The notes under the pieces were generated by a model. That model did not search any database. It had not been told where the DNA came from and saw nothing but the letters and a program-made list of their open reading frames with translations. Source: Cyanidioschyzon merolae (lineage: Eukaryota). From it: 64,000 nt of DNA. The DNA lies in the NCBI GenBank assembly GCA_000091205.1, contig AP006498.2; one strand, given 5' to 3'. Both the position numbers and the translations under genes were made by a program. The first letter of the stretch is position 1. Each line of letters starts with the position of its first letter. Shown piece after piece: positions 56,071-64,000 of this stretch.

Positions 56071-56838
56071 CTACAAGGAAGCACGCCATGGCCGAGCCTG
56101 CGCCCCCAGAAAACCCGAAACGGATTCCACTCGATTCACCGCGGCAGTTTGAAGCGAACGCTCCCCATGAGTTTCCGGGCGATGTCGCTGTCTAACGAAC
56201 AGCGCCGTTGCATCCGCGTACACCCGTTCACGAGCGGTATCGCGACGAGCAGCCTCTAGCGGCCGCTGCAGCTGCAGTGCGCAGGTGTCCGTCGACTGGG
56301 CAAGTGCGCCAGCGTCCACGAGTCGTGACATGCCGTAGCACTTGCGCCGCGCCGGCTCCCTATCATGGACATAGGCCAACGCCAACACGTACGAGCCCAG
56401 TGGGACAATCTGCCGATAATTGACAACGAGCTGTGCCGTGACATACCCGTCCGGGTCCGAACGCGGGTTTGTCGCCATCCCGATGCTCGCGTCGAGGAGC
56501 GAGGCGATGGCGCCTCCGTGGACGCCTCCGCTCGGGCCCTGCAGGTTGCGACCCACGTACGCTGCGATAATCGCTCCGGGAACTGCCACTTTTGCCTCTG
56601 TTGAACTTTGATCCGATATGGAGCAAAAGCGAGCCTCTTTCTGTGACAAGTCATCGCAGACCGCTGCTGGCAACAGGTACGCTACTCGCTGTTGCAGCGC
56701 ATGCGACAAAAAGTCCGGGCGTTGTGCTCCTAACCAGCTGGCTCTCGGCACTTCGCGCAAACCATATCGCTCTTCCAGTCGACGGACAAAACATTTCCAC
56801 GCCTCAAGCGAGGGCAGTGTATCCTCCGTGAACGCCAT
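56071..56838 (-). CDS. hotdog-fold acyl-CoA thioesterase (PaaI/4HBT/THEM4-like)
   Basis: ATG at 56838. Hotdog signature GGVHGGAIASLLDASIGMA. The gene start lies about 120 bp beyond the 3' terminus of Fanzor-like copy 3. Confidence 0.7.
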   Translation of the reverse strand: MAFTEDTLPSLEAWKCFVRRLEERYGLREVPRASWLGAQRPDFLSHALQQRVAYLLPAAVCDDLSQKEARFCSISDQSSTEAKVAVPGAIIAAYVGRNLQGPSGGVHGGAIASLLDASIGMATNPRSDPDGYVTAQLVVNYRQIVPLGSYVLALAYVHDREPARRKCYGMSRLVDAGALAQSTDTCALQLQRPLEAARRDTARERVYADATALFVRQRHRPETHGERSLQTAAVNRVESVSGFLGAQARPWRASL

Positions 56839-56954
56839 GGCGTCCAGTATGTCAGCTTCGAGAAGCGCAATGGCGCTGAATGAGTGCTTGCATCTGGAGC
56901 GTCGGGAACGCGGCGAGAACGTTCCGCGAACACACAGGGTAAATGGGTACCGAC

Positions 56955-59362
56955 GTGCAGACGTCTCCCAGTGTTTTTTGACCGGCCATCTACTACTGCC
57001 TCCAACTTATTCTCATCTAGTTTGACTTTGAGAGGTTGTCCAACAAAGTAGGCTCTCGACAGCTCGGGAGGTCTTTTTTCTCCATCACCACACATCTCCT
57101 GATATGGATAGCAGCATGAAAGTCACGATTCACAAACTCGATACATTTCTTGCCGCCGATGGTGGTTGTACTCAGTAATGGAAGGAGTCCTCGAACTTTC
57201 GCCCTCCATTCCATTTGCTCTGCAGTCAAGGCTCCGTACGTTTTTATATAACCTCAGGATTCCGCTGACACTTTTGCATCTCGACCCTCTGAAGTGTGCA
57301 CCGAAGCTCTTGGTGTATAAACGATGCTCGGAACTCATCTATGGGTACTGTGACAAATCGCCTCGCACACTCCGGGTACGTTCTTGGCGTTGCAGCTGGT
57401 GTGCTCTCTTTTTTCGACCCCCAGCGCCCTGCTCCGTATGCTACGACCAGCCTCTGACTTTCATCTCCTTTGAGGGCGCTCAACTCATTGAAAAAGTTCG
57501 CGAATGCACGCTGCTTCCCACAGTACAAGTTCAGACGCGGACGAGCCCGCCTGGGCATTGTATATTCTTTCCACAGCGCATTGCCATGAGCAACGCGAGT
57601 TTTGATGAATTCTCGAAAAGCTCGAAAGTCCGCTCCACGACTGGTAACATCGCGAATAGCTTCCAGGTGCTGTTTCGTGCCTGGATTCCATTTCTCAATT
57701 CTCTTCCTCGCACTCGTGAATCCCGATTCTCGATAGTATCTCGCCCTCGAGAACCTCAAAAGACGCATGTCTCTCTGGAAAAAGTTACCGTTGATACCAT
57801 ATTCCGCACGCTTGGGTACAGCGTTGGTTATTGTAGTCGCGTTCTCCGGGTCCGCGCCAACGACAAACTCGTTCTCCTGTACCTCCTGCGTCGCGGAATC
57901 CGCCTGATCGTTTTCTGCACGATTCGTCACAGGCGATATCGGAAACGGACCAGGAGGATCCGCTTTCAAGCGCCGATAGTGTACACACATGGCTACGCCA
58001 TCGGCTTCGATCATCCCAGTGAATACCTTTTGCTTGCTGGCTTTGAGACGCTTGAAGTCGAAGATATTCATCCAGTGCGTCTCCCGGTTTTCACCGGTGA
58101 ACTCCTCCCTGCTGACATCGAACTCCGGGCTGATCTCTCTCATGATCCCGTAAAGGACGCCGGAGTCGATTGCCACAAAATGTGACTTGATGTTGCACAA
58201 CGGAACGACGTTGAAGCGCTTACCCATTAGGAAAGCCTCCCGTCTCTCCGTCTCTTCATTTTTTCCCCGACTCAGCTGCTCTTCGGCGTTGCGTTCGAGT
58301 TCTCGGTTCCGAAACAAGAAACAGCTTAGGATGACGGGATAACATCTTTTTTTCATTTCTGATACATTTTCTACGGGATTGACTGGCCCAAAACTGCACG
58401 GTGCTCCTGTATAGCCGCACGGATTACAGAAGCTTCATTTGTGCTGCTGTGTGACGTCTTCTTGTCGACGAATTCGATCTCCTGTCCACTCTGGCGATCG
58501 TTCGTGGTACCATTGATGATGGCCCACATCCCTTTGCGCGAGATGCCCGGGTAGAGCGCAAAGATAGAGCGTACCACGAAGCGTTCGCGGTTCACGGTCA
58601 GATGGCTCTTCAGGTTCTTCAGGTACTTCATGGGCACTTAGAACTAAATATTCGAGTCATGCCTGTATCGAGTACCGTTGAAGCGGTACTTGGGGCATTT
58701 TTCGTGGAGGGCATGTACTCGCGCATTGCGCCTCTACGCTTTCCCCGTGCCAAACATCAAGCGACGAATAAAGGTCTTGTCGAAAAATTCTTCCGGAACC
58801 TCTTCTGTTTCCATGCCCGTCACGTCGCGATACATATCCCTCGCGAGATGCATCAGTCCTACGGCAGCGTCTCATACACTCATAGAGTGCGCCTCGAAAC
58901 GGGTTCTGATGGCCTCTTGGGGCTTTTCCCTGTGCGGTTCCTTGATGTGTTTCAGAAGACAGGCTTTCACCAGCATCTCGTAATATGATCGTCTTTCTCG
59001 CATCCATTGACGTCGGGCATCCCGCTGTCGCTTCTTCGACCTGTCTCGTTCCGCTTTGCTCGGCTCTGTTTTTCATTTTTCTCCGGCAGCCGGCGACGCC
59101 GGGCCTCCAGCATCCTCCACTTCCATTTCCATTACTTTCCAGTGCTATGATAAGAATGCACTTTGGAAGCGTCTACTGTAAACTACGAAAAATCACTTGA
59201 CTAGAGTACTGTAAGGGCTGAAACACGAATGAATCGCAAGACTATACTTTGCTATGACGTCAACGCAAATACGACTTGAACCTAAGGTACAACAACAAGT
59301 CAGCGAATGATCAGGATCGCAATTCCCTTCAAAAGCGAGATACGCGTCGAGTCTGATGCCTG
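56955..59362 (-). mobile_element. Fanzor/TnpB-like element, copy 3 (near full length, ~2.4 kb)
   Basis: 5' boundary shared with copy 4 (gtctgatgcct). 3' terminus ...gacgtctgcac at 56955 is shared with copies 1 and 2. Encodes ORF-A (58371..58634), the nuclease ORF 57244..58356 (MKKRCYPV...[20 protein letters not shown]...VVAYGAGRW...[19 protein letters not shown]...[15 protein letters not shown]), then frame-shifted segments [38 protein letters not shown] (57017..57229) and ...RPPELSRAYFVGQPLKVKLDENKLEAVV (third frame). AT-richer than the flanking host genes. Confidence 0.8.
57017..58634 (-). pseudogene. Fanzor/TnpB-like RuvC nuclease coding region of copy 3 (frame-disrupted or spliced)
   Basis: RuvC-I-like G-A-D-P-E at ~57850. 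TnpB-like 'V.P.D.F.R-S' motif before a Cys/His cluster. Ruv[14 protein letters not shown]. At least two frame discontinuities relative to copy 1. Confidence 0.7.
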
Positions 59363-59467
59363 CCAGATATGGAGATGCGGGTATCGACCGCGCTATATAG
59401 AAAAATAGGGAGAGATACTAGCCCCTAACCAGCAACTAGATAACAGTTTGCTCCCGCTCCACGGAAA

Positions 59468-60055
59468 GCATTGAAAGAGGGAAACGTTCTCCGTATTTAC
59501 GAAAGTTTATCGCCAAAGCGGAAGCGCCCTAGAGACGGACGAGTCAACGGTGATTGTACTTTGTAGGCATCTATAGTGCCGGGTGCTGAAGAGAGATCTG
59601 AGCAGAACGTCTGCAACGAAGATTACGCTGAGAAGAGCAGCGAACAGGATGCATCTAGACATCGCCCGAGACCCGATCGTCTCCGAGCATACCGCTTCGC
59701 GCTGCCGCAGGCAGTAGGCAGCAGGCCTTTCTGCACGGCTTTCCAGCTCCCAGAATGATCATGAATCCCGATGCCGTGTCGGGTGAACGATACCTCCAGC
59801 TGACGTCCTCAGTCATATGGCAATGCCTCGCAGTCTCTGTGCAGCATTCGAATCATCGGTATAGGCACTTTTGCTGACCATCAAGGCAACCTCGGTGCAC
59901 AATAGAACGTACGAAATAACCAGTACATCCGATAAAAAGTACAAGTCATGGAACTTGAAGGTAGCGTGCACCATGATGGATACGTTCACCGAATGCCAAT
60001 ATCTAATCACGGAATCAACGATGAATGGTCAATGTACGTTTTCTATCCAGCAAAA
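59468..60055 (+). repeat. non-coding dispersed repeat, copy C (same family as A/B)
   Basis: gggaaacgttctccgtatttacgaaagtttatcgccaaagcgg...caatgtacgttttctatccagca is about 97% identical to B and to the reverse complement of A. It lies about 105 bp outside the 5' end of Fanzor-like copy 3. Confidence 0.85.
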
Positions 60056-60513
60056 ATATATCGGTAATAGGCGAGCGCTTCTGTAGCACTTGTGGCGGTA
60101 GTGAGGCGCACAGGGCTGAGCGCTCGCATGGGATGCACGCACTTGTCACACATCTGCTGGCGATGCCCTCAACCAACCAACCATCCAGCCAGCCAGCCAA
60201 GCAGGCGGGGGCAGCAGCGGGTGTTGTGCTTTCGTGCTGCCCGCGGTGCATAACTCACATACACCAGGGACGCTCGATCAAACTGCTCGTCTGGCTCACC
60301 GCGCCCAGACGCTGCAGTGACCAGAGTGCAACGCTTTCGGAGAGGTGTCGCACGGCAGACTCGGAGTTCGCTGCTCCTGCGGGCGACGACACCCGCCCGG
60401 GTGCTAGCGACGATACCGCTGCCGCAGCGCTATCCCGAATGATCATCACGACACCCGCATCTCCGTTCCTTACTTTTGTCCAGGGCATTAAAACCGAGGT
60501 TTACGTTCGATAG

Positions 60514-62352
60514 CTAGAGCTCTTTGGATCGACCAGAGTCTTGCACGATTCGATTCCAGAACGATGCGGCGGCAGCTGGCATTGCAGACCCCGCTGCATC
60601 GGTGACTTGGGCTGGTGCGTCTGGGGCCCTGGAGGGCGCCGCACGCTCCCTGTTGTCCGACACCTGAAGAGCGGCGGCATCCGTCGTTGGGGCAGTTCCG
60701 TCGCCTCCGGTGGAGCGCGTGCTGGGTGCCATCCAAACCGTCCCTCGATACGCCCGATCACGAGCTAGACCAGAGGCAAGTACATCCGCCATGGTGCGGT
60801 AGCGCGCTGTACCCGATGCGCTGGTTGTCTCCGTCTCCCCGAGGCGCGGGCGGTTCTGCAACATGTCCAAGAGGCGTTGTCGCTCCTGTTCTTCCTCTTC
60901 TCGTTGAATTTCGAGAAAACTGCGTCTTGACGGGCGTTGTTGTTGTTGGGCACGTTGCACCTGCGACTCAGCAGCACGTGCAGCGGCTCCGGCTAGCGAC
61001 AGGTGCGCGTTGCCAGCGCCAGTAGCGAGTGTCGATGCAGCGTTCGACGCCCATGGTGCAGGGCGTGCAACGCTCCCGCTACGATATCCTGGTCGATGCG
61101 ACCCGGCCTGCTGCTCAGCGGACGAACTCCTGGATCCAGTGTCTGAATGAACGCCTGGGTTCGTCACCAGCTTGTTCAACTGATCGAGCGCGTCCACTGA
61201 AGTCAATCGAACGTGAGAGTCCTGCGGCGCTAGTCTGGTCCGTAATTGTCGTTCTAGATACGCATGCTCTGGAGGTTCGATCTCTTTGCTGGCAGCTGAT
61301 GGCCACAACAACAACGTCGGGTTCGGATTCTCACGATCAGCGCCCGTCGCTGCTGCTCGATTACGGGCCTTTACCTGCTGCCATCCCTCGAGCTTGCTCG
61401 TGGTGCTGGCAGCGGCCTCGCTCGGAGCCAACGAAGCGTCTCCAAGCGAATGATCTCCCTGCTCTCCTGTTCTTAATGTGGCATCCGTGCTGTTTTTCTT
61501 CCTCCTGCGACGTCTTCGCGATCCAGCGGCTTGCTCTTGGGGCTCGTTAGCGCTTGTCGAGCCAGCTGCATCCGCTGCAACTGCTGCTAATGCATCTTTG
61601 GATGCCACGCTCTGGTTACTTGACGAAGCTGCCTCGGTGACCATCGCTGATGATACAACGGATCCGCGATCGGATACGCTCCGTGCCTCGCTGGTACCAG
61701 GGTCTGTCGATACCCCAGCAAAACCGGTATCCCGTGTACACTTCAGTGTAGATGATATGCTCTCAGAGTCATGTCCAGGGCGAACTGCAGCAGACTGCAG
61801 CGCTCTGGGCATTGCGTCAACCTCAGGGCTGCTGCGGACGGCTGGCCAAGGTCGCGAACTCCCCGCCGAGGGCGTTGCGATCCCTGGCTTTGGTTTCGTG
61901 CTCGAGACAGAGCCAGACGCTGGACCAGGCGCCGGTATGCTCTGGTCACGAACGCTGAGCGCTTCGACAGAGAGGTCTGGCGGCTGCCCTGGGGTTGCCT
62001 CACTGCCCAGCGGGGGCGCCTCGGCTGCGCTCCGAATCGTTGCATCTGTGGATAGCGCGGATGCAGTTCGACACTGCAAGTCCGCAGCAGTTCTCTGCAC
62101 CAGCGACCATAACACTCGGTTCATAGGCTGCGGCGAGGTTGACTCAGGCTGCTGGCTTATCGGTAGCCTTTCATCAAGAAATCCGTATCGCCACCATGCG
62201 ACGAGAAAAAGGGTTGGAAACGGGCCGCGTCTAGCTCCAGACGGATCTTGAAAGTACCATCGTGGCTGCGAATCATAGAGCACAGAGCTTACGGCCTGGT
62301 ACCAGAAGTTGGAGGCTCTCGAGTCGCCGCTCTCTAGCCCGTCGGCGTGCAT
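60514..62352 (-). CDS. GYF-domain protein with long S/A/Q-rich C-terminal region
   Basis: ATG at 62352 (the track start is TTG). The GYF motif WYFQDPSGARRGPFPTLFLVAWWRYGFLDERLPI lies near the N-terminus. Confidence 0.75.
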   Translation of the reverse strand: MHADGLESGDSRASNFWYQAVSSVLYDSQPRWYFQDPSGARRGPFPTLFLVAWWRYGFLDERLPISQQPESTSPQPMNRVLWSLVQRTAADLQCRTASALSTDATIRSAAEAPPLGSEATPGQPPDLSVEALSVRDQSIPAPGPASGSVSSTKPKPGIATPSAGSSRPWPAVRSSPEVDAMPRALQSAAVRPGHDSESISSTLKCTRDTGFAGVSTDPGTSEARSVSDRGSVVSSAMVTEAASSSNQSVASKDALAAVAADAAGSTSANEPQEQAAGSRRRRRRKKNSTDATLRTGEQGDHSLGDASLAPSEAAASTTSKLEGWQQVKARNRAAATGADRENPNPTLLLWPSAASKEIEPPEHAYLERQLRTRLAPQDSHVRLTSVDALDQLNKLVTNPGVHSDTGSRSSSAEQQAGSHRPGYRSGSVARPAPWASNAASTLATGAGNAHLSLAGAAARAAESQVQRAQQQQRPSRRSFLEIQREEEEQERQRLLDMLQNRPRLGETETTSASGTARYRTMADVLASGLARDRAYRGTVWMAPSTRSTGGDGTAPTTDAAALQVSDNRERAAPSRAPDAPAQVTDAAGSAMPAAAASFWNRIVQDSGRSKEL

Positions 62353-63399
62353 CTCCGGCAACTCGAATAGACGCGAAACAACACCCTGCCCGTGCTTTGC
62401 ACTTCACTCGCTTCTGATGCTCTTCCAGATCAAGTAAAACGCGCGTTCAGAGACTCCCCCTTTGTTTTCCTGGTAAATCCCTTGCGTCAATCGCTGGTAC
62501 AGTGCCTCTCGCAAACCGTACGAGACGTCTTTCGAGCACAATCCGTGCCGAGTGCTTGCCAGCATGAAGCCGAATGCAGGTCGACAGCAGGTGTTCCGCG
62601 ACCTTGACTCCGTTACCGCGCTACCTAGGACCTTTTACAACAAGTACGTAACGGATGCTGTATACGAGAAAGACGATGCTCACGATCACCTGTGAGAAAA
62701 ACGCTCCAGGATAGCGCAAGTGGCTTGGAAAGCTCGCCGGGGCGCAGCTTTCGACGGCGTGAGACGCAACGCCGCGACATCGGCGCCCGGGCCTGTGTTT
62801 TTGCCCGACTTTTCGAGTCGATGCCTTGGGGCATCTGTTTTCGCGTGCAGCGGCAACTGGAGTCTTTGCGGGCATACAGTGCTATGTGCACCAGCGGCAA
62901 TGCCGCCCATGAGCACATATCGTGTAGGATGGTAGCAGTACGCACCCATTTGCGCTATAGAGACTGTGGGATGCTCGGTGGCGCTGGCCTAGGGCAAGGT
63001 GCACCCGTGCGCTCGGCAGCTTCCGGACCAGCACACCGTTTTCGTTTGTGTTGTGTTGTGCCTGCGAGGAGAACTCAATGAACGGAGTGCATCCTGTGGA
63101 TTCGAGAAAGATCTTGGAAAGACTCAGTGCTGTTCATGGTCACTAGAGAAAATGGACTTTAGTGGACAAGTAAGTCCGTCATTGTACGGTCAGCAGGTGG
63201 ACGAGGCACCACCCTCGCATCGTCCGTATACTGGACGGCGTGCTCCACGAAAAAACTGATTAAGAGCATTCGAGACGGTCGTTGCCTGTTGAATCTGTTC
63301 CAATCCATACGCGCTCTAAGAAATATTATCAATCATGACACAAAAAGGAAAGTTTCACCACCGGTGAGAGGATGAACAATGAAGAGAAAACTGTGGAAT

Positions 63400-63884
63400 G
63401 AGACGAGCCTATGCTATGGAGAGAGCGCGTCGAACAATATACGAGCGATATCGTTCCGAAATGCGGACGCTTATTACAGAATCGACGGCCGCTCGTCTCA
63501 CTCAATGGGCCTCTATGCAAAACATTCTAGACCTGCATGTGGTAACGCAATGAGGCGCGAAGCGCTGTGCGGAACAACGTTACCGGCGAGCACGCGGATA
63601 GCGGCACCCGCGGCGGCGATGCAATTTCGGGATCGCCTGCGAATTATTACACGAACAGGGTCGTTGAGCATCTTGCTCATCATCGAAGCGTTCCTCGTGG
63701 CTGCCCGTTCACAAAGTCTTGGATGCTGCTCGTAGACAGCGTCGCCGTCCATCACTCTAAAGCGGTCGAGGAGTTCGTGGCTGAGACTGGCGTTGAGCTG
63801 CTCCTCGTGCCAGCCGATTCCCGCTGGCGCAAACCGGTCGAAGGCAGCTTCTCTGTTGTCGAGCGTTATTCTTACATTCGTTGA
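63400..63884 (+). pseudogene. Tc1/mariner-type DDE transposase remnant
   Basis: ...PANYYTNRVVEHLAHH...WMLLVDSVAVHHSKAVEEFVAETGVELLLVPADSRWRKPVE resembles the Tc1 DDE_3 tail (DNAxxH...V..F....G...L.LP.YSPDLNPIE). Frame breaks lie upstream. Confidence 0.45.
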
Positions 63885-64000
63885 TCAATGGGCGAGCCAT
63901 TCACATCTATGACACGCTGCATCGACATGTCGTTCTATACTGCCTTTATCGGCCCGGAGCTGCTCTTTCACGCTTCTGCTCGTGCGCAGCGGAACGGAAG

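Noticed and set aside
1-64000. Prokaryotic or operon interpretation (defence island, IS605 with TnpA)
   Set aside because: All recognisable host genes have eukaryote-specific architectures (CAF-1 p60, SPX, ankyrin-kinase, GYF, classical PTP). No Y1 or serine-recombinase TnpA is seen next to the TnpB-like ORFs. The nuclease family is therefore interpreted as eukaryotic Fanzor-type.

Overview
GC-rich, intron-poor eukaryotic nuclear DNA. The domain architectures (EF-hand/kinase/ankyrin fusion, 4TM-lipase, standalone SPX, classical PTP) and long single-exon genes suggest a stramenopile (oomycete/thraustochytrid/alga-like), but the taxon cannot be fixed from sequence alone. The supplied ORF track uses bacterial start codons, so many listed N-termini begin at TTG/GTG. 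I re-anchored starts to ATG where I could check them by hand.

About 16 ordinary host genes are recognisable:
- an EF-hand Ser/Thr kinase with ankyrin repeats
- a 4xCxxC membrane protein
- MEMO1
- cyclopropane-fatty-acyl-phospholipid synthase
- a classical protein-tyrosine phosphatase
- a GAF-histidine kinase with no receiver domain
- a split SPX-domain protein
- a DAGL-like 4TM + lipase_3
- an ArsB/CitMHS/SLC13-type anion permease
- a peroxisomal-type ABCD half-transporter
- CAF-1 p60
- a CBS-pair protein
- an alpha/beta hydrolase
- a hotdog thioesterase
- a GYF protein
- two low-confidence hypothetical ORFs (30331..31243 and 47788..48036)

The most interesting content is a repeat family encoding a Fanzor/TnpB-like RuvC nuclease, the eukaryotic OMEGA-type RNA-guided endonuclease. 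It carries a RuvC-I motif V-G-V-D-P-G, a TnpB-like 'V.P.D.F.R-T-S' motif and a RuvC-III 'E-F-V-N-R-D-F-N-A-A-I-N-I' motif. It is present as:
- one ~2.4 kb near-full-length copy (56955..59362, minus strand)
- a 97%-identical 3'-truncated copy abutting the stop codon of the transporter gene (38590..40092)
- two diverged 5'-truncated copies joined head-to-head (28012..29999)
- an older remnant (8378..8816)

All copies share a precisely conserved 3' terminus ...CGTCTGCAC. This is where a Fanzor/TnpB omega RNA scaffold would be expected. Every copy also shows coding-frame disruption at the same place, so this is either an intron or shared decay.

Other repeats are a ~650 bp non-coding repeat in three copies (two forming an inverted pair), a 97-98 bp x 9 minisatellite, several shorter tandem arrays, a second dispersed repeat (R2), and degenerate Tc1/mariner/pogo-type DDE transposase remnants.
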